Below are positions 48,201 through 61,218 of a stretch of DNA of 64,000 nt, in pieces; the stretch's first letter is position 1; each line of letters opens with the position of its first letter. This stretch comes from Hyphochytrium catenoides. Lineage: Eukaryota > Protista > Hyphochytriomycota. Location of the stretch: the NCBI GenBank assembly GCA_900088475.1, contig FLMG01003436.1, positions 62,001 to 126,000 of the forward strand. Direction: 5' to 3'. A model generated the notes under the pieces. It did not search any database and was not told where the DNA came from. It was given only the letters and a program-made list of their open reading frames with translations. The position numbers and the translations under genes were made by a program.

Positions 48201-50868
48201 ACCAAGGGAACAAAGACTTTTCTAAGAAGCTAAAGGAAGTTCCTCATAAAGCATCATTCAAGAAGTCTCAGTCTCACCTTTCTGCAGTCGACGAGGGAGA
48301 GGATGAGATTTGTATCGCTGAAGGCTTGATTTTAAACCTCGTAAGGGCTTGGGTCTTTTCACTGAAGCTATAAAGCCACTCACGACTTCCATCCAAGCAC
48401 CAGGGGCCCTAGCCAAAAGGGGTGGTATGAGGCACAATCAGAAATAGAAAAAGCTAATCAAAGGGTTACGGGTGGTACACAGCAGCAACCAGTGAAGAGA
48501 TACTGAGATCACTTGTGAGGCTAGACAAAGCCAACAAATTAAGCAAACGGCTCAAAACAACGGATGAGGGTCGAGAAGGTCAGGAGCGAATGACTCCAAT
48601 CAGAATAGGGAGTTACGTAAACCTTAAGTAGACTGACAAGACACGTACCGTCACGGTCAGACGAGAGAACGGTGGGTCACAGTGGATGACGCTTGGCAGG
48701 ATAAGCATGTCCCAAAGCTGACAGGAAAGCGAAAAGTGGATTTAGAGGTTCCAATGGAGTCAGAAGGGCAAAACTGCCACCGCAAGAACTGGGACATGAG
48801 TCCAATAATGGAAGGAAATGGTCTAGACAATGCTTAGTCGCAGACAGTGCTCCTGTGCTATGTCTTTCGTCCTGCTTCACTTTCTTCCACAATTCAATGT
48901 GATCTCTATATCTTAAGTTCCTTTCCTACCGTAAGCACCCCATCGCTCCCCTCAGCGATGAGTCGAAGCCTTGGAGGTTCTGAGCCGTTTAGCGAACTCT
49001 TTGGGGGACTACCAGGTGTCGTGGTCTCCTCTCCCTTTGCAGAGAGTCTCAGAGCAACTAACTTTACTACTTCTCCTAACATGACCATACGTGAGTGGCA
49101 GCTTAGGAGGGATCATTACGAAATAAAGCTCTTCCCAGCCAGGGGTAGGTCAGGGTAGGAGAGCTAAGGCAGCTATGCAGTCTTACCTTTGGAGTTTGTG
49201 ATCTGGATACTCTTGACAACTTGGCGCTTCAAGCAATCCCACACCAGAACACGTCCGTCACTGGTACCTAGATAACGGAGTACCAGTTTATCAATGAAGT
49301 AAAGCACGGATTGTTCGAGACGCCGCGGGTGATTGGAAAGACCGTAGTAGAAGAAAGGGAAGTAAAGGACGTTCATTGCTCTGAGAGAACTAAGCTACTC
49401 TTCTTCATCTAACCTATGCCTAAGAGATGTCCTGTAAGTGGTTCCGTCACACAGGGTTGTGCTTTCTCCAGCTGCTGGTCACTGGAGATGACTTGGACCT
49501 ATAGCATTCGGATCAGGTTTGAGAAAAAAACAGAGGAGCGTGGTCTTTTCAGGTAGGATGGCACGAAGAACCCTTACAATTGTCGATGAATCAAAAAGGC
49601 CGAGCAGAATTCGGTTATTAACTAGCTAGGGCAGCTCATTGCAAAGAAAGGTGATAGAAGGGCAGAGAGCGGAATCTATCGAGAAACGTACCCCCATGTT
49701 GACTCTATCTACTATCATCACAGCGTTGGCGCAAGTTATCAGGATGCTCTTTGGTGCCAGCAACGAACTCGGGCCATCCTTATCAGAGGGAAGCGTATTC
49801 TAAAAAATTGGCTAACAGTTAGACATATTGCAGGCAATTGGAAGAAAGGTCTGAGGTAGGATGCCATAAGCCAAAAGCCAACCGGAGGCGCCTGTGAAGA
49901 TTATGTTACAAAGGAGCTGTCTAGGTCATCAGAATGCTTGGCCACCGATAGGCAAGGAGAAAGCATAGCCTACCTCGTCAAAGAAGCTAATGGCTCTAAT
50001 GTCCCCCAGGCTCACGCTCTTCCGACTTCTCGAAGGAGAGTCTGAGAACGAAAATGGACCAATGGACTGTCCTCCTCCGGCCCCTCTCATCGATGACTCA
50101 TCTTCCTGTCTCTTGTCCTCCAACGCCTAGATTAAGGCACATACAAAGAGAAAAAGACAGTTAGGGGTTTTTAACTGTATGAGGGTGTGGATTAAGAGGA
50201 GAAAGAGCTGCACGAACAGCTCTTGGCTTGTTATGGCCTCGCCCGTGTGACGCAGAAAAGAGAAAGTGGGGCAGATGGCGCCATCAACCATTGCCCTTGG
50301 AGGCCAAGAAGGCTTAACGGAGAGGTAGATTGGCAAGGCCCCAGGTGAATGAGCTCAAAACCTTCGTAAGCTCCTTCAAAAAGCAGGGCACTAGTGGGTT
50401 TAAGTCTAGAGGCAGACACCATAGAAGAAGAAGAGGAGGGAGCGAGTAAGAGCACCTGTGGACTGAACTCTAGGAGCACTTCCCCGGTGTCATAGTTCCA
50501 CAGCGTCACCGTTCCTCTCTGTCAGCAATTTGGTGTGGTTAGTATCACTATCTGGGATCAAAGGGTTCTCTCCTCTCTTCGGACGTGAAGGAAGGAGCAA
50601 GACATCAGGGACAGTATGACAGGAATATAGAGAACAGAAGGACAGTACAAAGGGAGAGAGGCATAAGAAGAGATACTTTCAGAGAGATTGACAGCGCCCG
50701 AGAGCAAACACCTCTTACGTCGTCAGCAGATACTATCCATGGCATAAATGGATGTACGTCTAAAATGCGAAGCTTGGGTCCATCCTTGACGCCTTTACGT
50801 GGAGGGATATGGTTACAGCCCAAGGGGACCACACCCCCTATAATACTCTTGCCGGGTACAAATTCCAT
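42250..50868 (-). CDS. TTRAY2: TSET/TPLATE coat scaffold TTRAY2 (TWD40-2-like; WD40 propellers plus alpha-solenoid)
   Basis: LDVHPFMPWIVSADD..VTLWNYDTGEVLLEF; LGDIRAISFFDE..ILITCANAVMIVD; GTSDGRVLVWD; late segment QHDALAHFLV|SEGHVSEALALVGLSAELKLDIAIK resembles the plant TWD40-2 stretch HHDDLAQFMLGMGYATEALHLPGISKRLEFDLAM as I recall it; last exon ..ELADFN-stop at 42250. Confidence 0.75.
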
Positions 50869-51679
50869 GGTTGTCTTCTAGCACGAGAGGGTCTTTCTGC
50901 CCTGCCGCTGTGTCGAATGCTCTGCCAAGCCTCCACAGCGTCTCTCGTCCACCTGAGCGCTACCTCCGTTCTTCTCTTGTCTCTAGCTCCCAGACACCAC
51001 CGAGCTCAGGATAGGAAACTGTTCTTCTAGGTGCATGGACGCTGCTCTGTCTTAACGCAGCCAGGAGAGGAAAGATGGTTGAGAGAAGGACAAGAGTCAG
51101 GTGCTCAAGGAAGAGAGAAGATAGCAGCGGCCAGATCTGACGATGGAAGACGAAGAGATGCAGAGCTTACGAAGAGAAGCAGAGCTTTCTGTCCTTTCGG
51201 CAGACTAGCTCTGGAGATTAAGCAATATTTATCATTACGAATCTAATGAGGCTAAATCTCCCTACATCCGGAATGCCATGACTGCTATTCCGGAGCAGAG
51301 CTATTGTTATCATTATTCGATTATCAACTCAAAAGATTGCTTGATAGCTCTAACTCAGCTCAGCTACCAAACGGTAACGGATATTCATGTACGAATCTCT
51401 GCTTGGAGAAGTGACAAAACGCAATGAAGCTTCAGAATCCAAGAAGCTGACAGATGGTCTGCAGACAACTAGGACCCATAAAAAAGCGGTAGCTGAGGCC
51501 GCTAGCCAACGCTGGAGATGGATGAAAACGATAACCGTCGAAGGATAGGATGATGAGCTGAAAAAACAGAGCGGCCCAAGATCCTCGTAGCGAAGGACCA
51601 CAGGAAAGGGTCTTTCCCCGAGAGACCGAAGAAGAAGGCGTGAAGTGAAAGAATAGTGTAGGAGCACAACAAGGTGGGG

Positions 51680-54600
51680 ATGGTGACCGCAAAAAGGAGC
51701 ACGTCGTTGCGGCTAGAGTTGTTGCTCAGGAGACATCTACGCAGTCTTCTCAGCTTTATTGCGCACATCGATAGAACTATACAGGTAAGGAGGACGAATA
51801 AGCAGTGTGGGGCTAAGAGTGCGCAAAATAGGCTCAATCAGACCCGCAGAACAGTAGCAACTTAGCCAAGGTTAAGGCCAAAGCGAGGAGCAGATAGGTG
51901 TAGTCCAGCAACGAGAAGGAAATCGAATTGGGTTCACCTCATCACAGCTAACTATCTCACTTATGGGTATGCCAGCTCGTAGGCCCAAGAACGGCGAGTA
52001 CAAGTGGTAGTAGGGTGGGCAGCGATCTGGCTACTCTGGTACAAAGTGTACGTCATGAGTGGCAGGAGCTGCAAAATGAGGTGGGCTTCTAGACCTCTCT
52101 TTCTATAAGTTAGGTTTTGCTCTTCTGTCTCCATAAGGCAAACGCCTTTACGCAAGCTGCTTCTCCTGGCTTTGTTCGCCGCCCGGGAACTTCGCAACAT
52201 AAGCTTAACGTTTATACAGAACACCAAGTGCAAGGAGGGGTTCCGTGGCTTTGAGGCTAGTCAGGTAAGGCCCATTCTTTTGCTCTCCCTCCTCTCGCCC
52301 TATGGTAGACCGAGTTCTTTTTGAGACAGGACTTTAGCTAAAAATTTGCCCCTGGCATGTAGGCCGAGACCCCACCAAGTTATGCCGAGTGTGATGAGGC
52401 CGATGAGTCCTTTCTTCACCTCTCGGCAATGGAGGAAACAAGAGCTAGGCTGGCCGAGCTTCACCAACAAATCTCTAATGAATTCATGGTAACAGACGAT
52501 GCCTTCTTTAGAGTGAAAGATGCAGCATAAAGACAACGGGGGCGGCCGGAATGGTGCAGATTTAGCTGGACTGTCGTGAATGCCTTCTTCAACTAGCTTC
52601 TCTTTAATAGGCTAATGTCTAGTGCTATCGTGCACTAAAATACTCTATCCTTAGGCTTGCCAGCAAGCGGTGGACGAACTGAAGCACCTCGTGCTTTCAC
52701 GTGAGATATACTCCATTTCGTTTCACTTATTCTACTCTGCGGGTGTGCAGTTCTTCTGACTATCTCCAATACCTCTGTTGGTCTCGTTGCAGGGAGTCCG
52801 TCTGAAGGTTACCAAGGCGACGTTTTAGATGCACTTGGAATGGCGGCAGGAGGAACCGATTCTTGGGGGGGAAAGATGGACACTAGAGGCGGCGCACCTG
52901 AAGAAGTAGAGACCCAGGAGGCTGTCCCGGATCTCATCTCAGACGATCCAATGTTTTTGGAGCTTGTAATGAAGCTTGACAGATCAGGAAGAGGTATGAA
53001 TGTGAGCCGCCACAATTCACATAGAGAGAGAAAGAGCCAAAGCCAGATAGATCCACCCCTCAAGGGACGATGCCATCCTCACACTTATTCTAGGTGACTT
53101 AGATGAGAAGCACCTCAGAGCAAAAGAGCTAGACGACCTCAAGCGGCTACAAACTTTCCGAGAATTAAGACGAGATAACCTCATCTTCTCCGGTAAGGTC
53201 TCCCTAAGCTGCCTCTCTACCATTTAGCTTCTCTTATGTTCTCTCACTGCCTGATATTGCCATGACGATCCGCTAGAGTAGCGATTGTTCGCCTCAAGCG
53301 TTACTGCGCCGAGAGACGATAGCTGATGTTTAAAAAATATCCTTTCGCTCATTGTACGAGGCCATATTATTCATTCCGCTCATTTAGGTCTATTCCTAAG
53401 CACCTCCACTGCTTTTTAAGCTCCGGTATCTTTCCTTGCCCTGACCTCCCTCCTCTTATAACGAAAGGAACGAAGCACCAGTCGATAGTAGATGAGAAGC
53501 TCCTCCAGAGGAGTAAAGTCCAGCAGGCTGGAGAAATAGTGCCGCCTAAAAAAAGAGATGAAGTCAAGCAGGAGGAGAAAGAAGAGGAAGCCACTAAGGA
53601 GAACCAAAAAGATACCAAGAGGAAAGAGAAGAAAGAAGAACGCATGCGGAAGCAGGAAGAAAAGAAGAAGAAACGGGAAGAAAAACTTCTCCGCCGATGG
53701 ACCGATGCCCAGAAGACCTATATGGACCAAATAGAAGGAGAAGCGAACAGAGAGCCAGGGTCCGGCAATGATACCAAGGTGTCGAGCCTTGACTATGGCT
53801 CTCAGATCCCAGGACGCGTTCCGGATCGCGCTGAGCTGGAGTATTGGGCGACACTTCATGCCGACAGCCTGACAGATACCGAAGACGACGCATCTGAATC
53901 TGAGGAGGAAGAAGATTTAGATGACGACGATGCTGAGACTGGCGGTGGAGCTCACAACATTAGTCATGCCGTAAGAAGTGACGTTGCAAAAGCTGTCGCT
54001 CTCTCTTTTCCGTTTCTCACTCAGGCTAACTATCTCCTATTCTTTAGCCAGGAGATGCAGAAAAGCATCTAGTACAACGAAAAGCTTTGCAGAAAAAAAT
54101 GGTTGAATTTCTCCTTGATGAAAGATTAATGCCTATCAAGCTAGGTATGATGCGTGGGGTTTAGCGGATGAGATTATGACCATGAGCTAGTTGTACACTG
54201 AACAATCTTTCCCTTGGCACTTCTGTTCACTTTTCCCTTTCTACGTCTTTTAGCCTCGCCAATGTCTCTCACCACTTGCATTGCTGGCCGCCCTCTCCGC
54301 ACCCATATGCCTTCATTCTTAGGCAAAAGCGATCCAGCAACCCTATCTGAAAATGCGAAGAAGAAGCTCCGGCGCCAGGGCGTGAAGGAGTTTGCCAAGG
54401 CCGCTGCTTCGCGAAAGANNNNNNNNNNNNNNNNNNNNNNNNNNNNNNNNNNNNNNNNNNNNNNNNNNNNNNNNNNNNNNNNNNNAGCTCAGAAGGAGCC
54501 TCCCAGGGGATGAAAAGCCGCACCTTAAGGTGAGAGGGAGTAATGATATGAGGAGGGTTGAATAAGGGAGGAAAGCATGAACAGCATACGTGATGGTGTG

Positions 54601-54890
54601 GACCAGCTTGATTAGTGCTGTAGACGAAAGAAACGTTGGTGCACTGACTTGAGGTCCAGAGTCTTTATCCTGCAGATGTGGATGCCTTCTGCATATATCA
54701 TCATGTTGTTGACATCCATCCACCTGAAGGGAGACTAGGGCCTAAGGTGAGAATGCAAAGGCTCCTTTATCTCGCTTCATCTACTGATGTTGAATTTCTA
54801 CAGGGGAGGGTGGAACGCAACCGTAGGTGTAATAACCATTTCGATATTCGCCAGTCCGTTCTGGCAAGTAAGCCCACAACAGCAAAATGA
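51680..54890 (+). CDS. Hypothetical multi-exon protein with Lys/Glu-rich coiled-coil and acidic tract
   Basis: In-frame splicing traced through ..IDRTIQ|AQERRVQ..|QTPLRKLL..EASQ|AETPPSY..NEFM|ACQQAV..|SPSEGYQ..; later exons ..EEKKKKREEKLLRRW.. |PGDAEKHL.. |GKSDPATL..; stop 54890; start uncertain. Confidence 0.55.
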
Positions 54891-55170
54891 GGACAATGCG
54901 TCGCTGCGCTGGCTTAAAAAGCCAAGTACGTGTTGCCTGAGTGTACACATTGCAGCAAGCGGATGAGGGTAGGTGAGAGCTTACATGGGTGGAAAGAGAG
55001 ACCAGTTATGTACCACAATTGAGGGCGTCTGAAGCCGCAGAGAGAAAGCACGAAGCCATCACAATCTTTTGCGGAGTTGCACGGCAACAGCCGTTCATAA
55101 ATAGATATTTATTCTTATAATTCTTATAAAAATAACAAAAACCTTTCACGTAAGAAGTGGCAGTGGCACT

Positions 55171-57308
55171 CTACCATGAGTGCTCCCGGTAGTCCTTCTC
55201 TATCCTTTCTAGCAGTGTTGTGTGCATCGCATCCACTGTCTCGTCAAAAGAGTGAATATTATTCTCCACCACCACACCCTCTCCAGCACTAGCAGCTGAA
55301 CAGAGATAGCGCTGAATAGTTTCAAAGTTCTCCAAAAGAGTCTTCGCCCTGCTAGACTACAGGTGGAAAAGAGTGGAATCGAAAAGAACGATAGTTAGAT
55401 ATCAACGCGTTGTCGGCTCAGAAAGCAACATAAGAATATCAACCCTCAGCTTTGAAGGGTCAAGGCATACCAAGACAGATGATGCATGCGTAATGCGTGT
55501 AGGTGACGAACCACTAAGCTGCCCTAGAAATTCCATCAAAATATTTACCGATTGGAAGCTGAACCCGTCAATGTATCTAAAGTTAGCTTGGAGGAAGTAC
55601 TCGTGATCCGCTCTATTAAGAGTCATAACGAAAGGCATCATAATGCCATGCTTCTTGTCTTTATCATCGTCCTTTCGTGAGCCCCAGCCTTCAGCATCTG
55701 TCATATACAAAGAAGGATCGACGTGCAATCCTTCGATGACAATAGGCTTGCCTTCTTTCAATGCCTTCGAAATGTCGGCTTTGACACCTTCAAACATGGT
55801 AAAACCACTTCCTTAGAGTAATGACCACAATGCAGATGATCTCTTCATTGTACGGTACCTTCCCTCACCAACCCGCATTCCTTCTTATAGACTGCAAGTA
55901 GTTGGTCCTGAGACTCATATTCCTGGCTCCAGAACTCACCATCTGCAGAGCTGGGCCACACACAAATGAGGTAAAAAAATAAGCCAAGTTAGATTTTCAA
56001 AGAGATAGAGGCTTTCATAACCCAGCGGCAGTCACAGGAAAGATAGCGACTTACATAGAGCCAGTGGGCGTGCCGCATACCAAGAAGTAGAGAAGAGGCA
56101 AGAGTGAAAGCAGCTCTACAAGCATTCTTCTTTGTGGCATAGTCCAAGGAAAATGGCAGTTTGCGTACCTTCCCGATGGCCTCATGAGCTCGTGTACTAT
56201 ATCGGTTTGGAACACATTGGGTATGTTCATCCTCTCAGCGAGCTGTGGGGATGAACGTTAGGCTCCTCAACCGATAAGTCGAGCCCTGATCGCTGGTGAT
56301 ACCTTGGCGGCCACAGATGACTTTCCAATGCAAACTGTACCGGCGATGAGGATAACGAGGGATATCCGCTTCTGATAGAATCTGATCAAACAAAGAAGCA
56401 GTAAGTGAGCCTAGGAAGCACATCAAGAGACAGCATTCTCAGGGCAGTGCCCCGTGGTGGCTTTGTCCAGACTCGCTTTAGATTACTCTAAGCTATCTTC
56501 TTAGCTCTCCTTCTATCGTTCTATCTCCTCGCCCGTGCCCATTGTCCCTTGCCACACATTCATTTTTCTTTCGTTGCGTTAAGCAGGATTCACCACCGAT
56601 TCCAGTCAAGGTAGGGGCGAAGCGGAGACAAGAAAGGGGATGTCCAGGAAAAAGGAAAGCCCAACGGGATCTTACCGATTCATCATTCTAAAGCGCAGGA
56701 CGTGGTCGTAACCATAGCCGTGTATGGTCATCGTCTTGTACAAATACTCCTCAAACTGGCTGTGAGTGATGTCTACCNNNNNNNNNNNNNNNNNNNNNNN
56801 NNNNNNNNNNNNNNNNNNNNNNNNNNNNNNNNNNNNAAAAGGGTCTCCATAAGTGAGAAGCGGACGCTCTAAGGATAGCACAGAGTGGGGTGGGAGTGAA
56901 CCACTTCGTCACCTTTTTCAGGTCTAGCGAGATCTTGATAGCGTCTCGTTCCTTGATCTACACAGGAAAGAAGTGAGATTCGCCGGAAGCGGGAAGGCAA
57001 AGCTTCGTCAGAGTAATAAGAGAGCTGTAACCACTAAGCAAAGAATAGACCTTGGTTCCTATCAGCGACCGGCAGACGAGGTACCGGGATAACACATAGA
57101 AGTGGTCCTCAAGCCAGACGCGAACCTTCACGAAGTCGTACTTCGAGGCGCCACTTTGATTAGAGATCACACCGATTGATGGGTTGAAGACCGGAGATCT
57201 ATCCTCTGAGTCTCTGGAAGGGCTATTGTTAGAGTCTCCTTGTTCTAGCAAGGGCGGCAGAGCTGACGGGTGGCTTTTGATGTCATCATCTTCACACACG
57301 GAGGCCAT
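55171..57308 (-). CDS. 2-phosphoglycerate kinase-like / LPA1-related P-loop NTPase
   Basis: ASKYDFVKVRVWLEDHFYVLSRYLVCRSL..; RFYQKRISLVILIAGTVCIGKSSVAAK (Walker A)|LAERMNIPNVFQTDIVHELMR; KALKEGKPIVIEGLHVDP (Walker B); last exon ..IEKDYREHSW-stop at 55171. Confidence 0.88.
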
Positions 57309-57960
57309 GGTTCGGATATCTCTGCTCTCTTGTTGTGCCTAGTGCTTGCGTCTACGTCTCTTAGCCTCCCTGCGCAGAGAAAGCTGGCAACGCCCCTCTC
57401 GCCTTTAGGAAATGAGAGCCATCTGGTTGTTGAGGCTACTCATCGCCTCTGGCACGAGCTCTAAGCTCTGACCTCTGTCTATCGAATAGAGCTGCTGATC
57501 TGTTCAGTCGTTGTGTCCGACAGTCAATCGGTCAGAGAGAAACGAAGCTTCTCACTCTAATCAGCCTAAATCATGAATAGGACTGCCTTTGTCTATGATA
57601 TCCGGCGATTTCAAGTATTAGAGGCTGAATAATGATGATTCTGATGAACAGTTTTTTTGGGCTTTCGGCTTGTTATGGAAAGGGATGAGGATTGAGAGCT
57701 GATGACAGAGGCAACACCGACGTCGGACCAGCGCCAGCTACAGGCGCTTTGTTGGGACCGCTGTCCTGCACAGAGAACCTTCTGCTGCCCTCCATCCGCA
57801 GACTGTCAAGGGCCGAGGTATAGGACATGTCAAGTCGTGGATGCCAGGCGTGACAAAGAAGAATTTGCTTGGAGAACACTCCAGGGTTGGGAGGACAGAG
57901 GGGATTGAATATTCATCATCGTGGCGGGAGATGCAGCGGCTTCCCCTTTACTAAGTTTCA

Positions 57961-60613
57961 ATGCGTGTGCTACGCGGGCTGCGACTACTAGTTCTAGGCT
58001 ATGTGCTGACTCTAAAGAGTGCATTATCCCTAAAGATCCCGTCCTTCGGACCAGAGGGATCGTGGCTCCTCCTTGTCGGCGATGTTGGAACCTCCCACGC
58101 TAGAATCCTCTATGAGGATCTCGCTTCTTACGGAGTAGAAAGGCAAAGGCAGGAAAAAGTTGTGGTTGAAGTTTACCGTAGCCGACCTCGCGACTCTATC
58201 GACGCGACTGCGGCAGCGGTTGATCGCAAAGAAGAGCCTGAAGAAGAACAAGAGACTCCAGTCCAGACGCTGACAGTCCCGAATACCATCTCTGCACCAA
58301 AGGTCATCAAGCTCAAGGGACTAGAGCCTTATACACGCTACAGAGTTCGCTTTATCCATCCAAGTACACAGAATGACTCTTCTGTGGGCCTTCATTCCTG
58401 GGATCTTGTGAGCTTCAGGACGTTACCTGCGACGAACGGAGAATGGCCACTGGTAAAGGTGCTAGCCCTCTCCTGCGACCGCTTCACTCAGGATGGTGAT
58501 GACTCCTTCTGGGAGGTCCTGCTGAGTAGGGAAAAGGATAGGTACGGTCTTCTGTGCCTCCCCGAAATTTATCCACCGGAGGAGCGACAAGGCCGTAAGG
58601 AGGTCGACCCTTTACTTGTCACAAATTGGGCAAACCCTCCTCCCTTAAATGACTAGCTGCCTTCAGCGTTGCCCAACACCGTGTTGTTCGATGATACCCA
58701 TAGCTGGTCCTTCTATACGTTAATCTCTATGTGGTCTCAAGTCAGCTTGCTCGCCGTGTTACTCTTCCCACTCTTGCACTCCGACTTCTAGTCTCTACCT
58801 CTTTTTGACTTCCCCTGGTCTTACTTTAATCTCCCTATTGCTATCGCCTCCCTTCTGTCCAAAGGCTCGGTGCTCTCTTTCTAGGCGATGTGATCTATGC
58901 TGATGATATCAACTCACGAGATGCTTTGGGCCAGCTGAAAAGCGTGGATGTACTCCATGAGGAGTTCCGTAAGCTGTATCGCTACGCCCTTGGGAGGCCA
59001 GTCATGCAAGAGTTTCTAAGAGAGGTATATATGGGCGGTGAAATGTCGTGCAATTAGAGATAGAAAGAGGGAGAGAGAAGGATAAAGATGAGAGAGACCT
59101 CATAATAGAATCCAGCGAGAGTAACAGGTATCGAGGTTGGAGCTTGCAAAGCTGGGAAAGGGAGAAGGACAGCATAGTTAGCTTCAGTCCACCATGAGAG
59201 GAACTATCTCAGTGGTCGTTTTTTGCTCAACACCGTCTCTGTCCTTCTTTACCCTGGCAGGGCGCCCATTGGATGATACCGGATGACCACGACATCGTCA
59301 ATAATCTGGACAGCAGCAGATGGCTTGACAAGAACCTGACGAACCTTATTGAAGCAGGACGGCGGTGAGAGGCTCGTTGTTTTTCGCGTGGTACTCAGGC
59401 CCTCATCGTGCTCAATACCTGGTATCCACGCTGCCCGTTGTTTACCGTGACATGAACTCACTAGGGCCTATATCGAATATCAGCTCCAGTCTCAGATAGA
59501 TGTTGCAAAAGACTCGAAGGGAGAAGTGGATTTTATGCAGAGCCTGCCTCTTCTCTTTCAGAATAGGCAGATAGGGCAAGTGGGCCTTATTATGCTTGAC
59601 ACACGCTTTCAACGAACCTTCAACTTTGAATCCCAAGCGCCTCTACTTGGAACGCGGCAATATCAGGAACTGGAGCGGGTTCTGAATGGTTGGATAGAGG
59701 AAGAAGGAATACACTCCATCGTCCTCGCCTCCAGTGTGCCTCTGCTGTTTCACAGTCCTGCAACGGCAATGGTTCCTGCACTAGTGGAGGGAGAGCACTA
59801 TCCAGGCCATAAGTCTCTCGTCAATGAGACAGTCCGAGTGCTCGATCTCCTGCTTTCAGTCAAGGAACGCCATCAAAAGGAGATCCTCCTAGTGGCAGGG
59901 GACAGCCACCTCTTTGCGGACATACTAGGGTGCAAGACAAGCCCACCTTCCGCATCCTTCTCACTCAAAACTGTCATTCAGAGAGCCTTGGGTTGGGCTC
60001 TCTCAACCTTGTTAATGACGCCTTCAACAGCACTAGGTGGGGCCAGGTGCCTGCCATCTCTCATCACAAGTGGAATGACACGAGGATCAACCAGCGTGGG
60101 CAGTCCTCATGTCTTCCTCCTTCATTTGGCAACACTGCGATCATATTGGTTCAGTGGCCTTAACGATGACTGGTCGATGGAGACCAGAAGCTTCTACCTA
60201 GGCCGAAATTATGGGTAAGTGTCATGCCGTTTTATGGAAAGTTGATTGTTCTAATGAGCCTTGCTGACCTCCACCCGCTTCAGGGTTCTGGAGATCCCGC
60301 CTAGTGCTAGTAAGGGGTCGAACATAAGATGGAGCGTTGTCAAGGGTGAGCTTTTGAGTCCAGCGGAGGTGCTATTCGAGGTCAGTAACTCTGGATCAAC
60401 TTGAGTATCGAAGCTCTTGAGCTAGCTCTTGAGCTAGACAGGGGCCTTGAGAGAGAGAGGCTGCAGCTAGAGAGATAAGAAGGGACCGCGCTCTTTGACT
60501 AACTCGCCCTACTGTTATAGGCGGTTGGGGAGAACTTGCCTGCCATCTCCCTGACCTTTCTTCTTCTTTTGCTCACTGCGCGGCTAGCAAAGAGCGCTGC
60601 GTCGGGCCGTTGA
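57961..60613 (+). CDS. phoD: PhoD-like alkaline phosphatase D (metallophosphoesterase) with signal peptide and hydrophobic C-terminus, 6 exons
   Basis: GLEPYTRYRVRF..SFRTLP (FN3-like), ALSCDR, LFLGDVIYADD, IPDDHDIVNN, MLDTR, LASSVP, LVAGDSH; exons approx. 57961-58541, 58865-59024, 59261-59364, 59465-60214, 60284-60380, 60521-60613. Confidence 0.9.
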
Positions 60614-61218
60614 AGGCGTAGAGTGCCTGCTGGCTCAGCGTAGAGTGCCGGACTGCAAATGTTGGGGTGAGATGATGGGGGCTTCTGATTCTCTGTCTCA
60701 AGGATTGCTTCAAAAATGAAGCATTACTCCATTATTATTAGTGAAGCCATACAATACTAGTGTCTCATTATTACCACGCGCACATCCATATCTCCCTTTA
60801 TCATATCAATCATCACGGCAATCCCCTTCAACCCCTTCACATCAATAAGCTCCAGAAATGCGACAATATCCGGATAGTACATGGACTGAATGCACGTCTC
60901 CCACATACATTAACACCCTCATAAGACAACAGAGGCCCTCTTACGGCAATTTGTTACGGAATTGAATAGGGCTGCGAATATTAGAGGTAGCCTTCTTCTG
61001 GGGTAGCTCTGTATCCTTCCTGATTCTTATGGTGTCATGAGCTGTGTCATGGTGATTCGCCAGTTCTGAGCTTCACTTCCACTTCACCGTCAGTCAAAGA
61101 TCTGGACCATGCTGCAGATCTGGCAAGCGCGCTGCTGACAGTGCCAGAGTAGAGCTAGAGCTATCGCCTAGCCCAGGCGCCAGCCCCGGATTTTGGAGAT
61201 TGCACTGAGATCTGGAAA

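Noticed and set aside
60413-60436. 12-bp tandem duplication (GCTCTTGAGCTA x2) in a PhoD intron; similar short duplications near 35336 and 55112
   Set aside because: Ordinary slippage duplications in non-coding sequence
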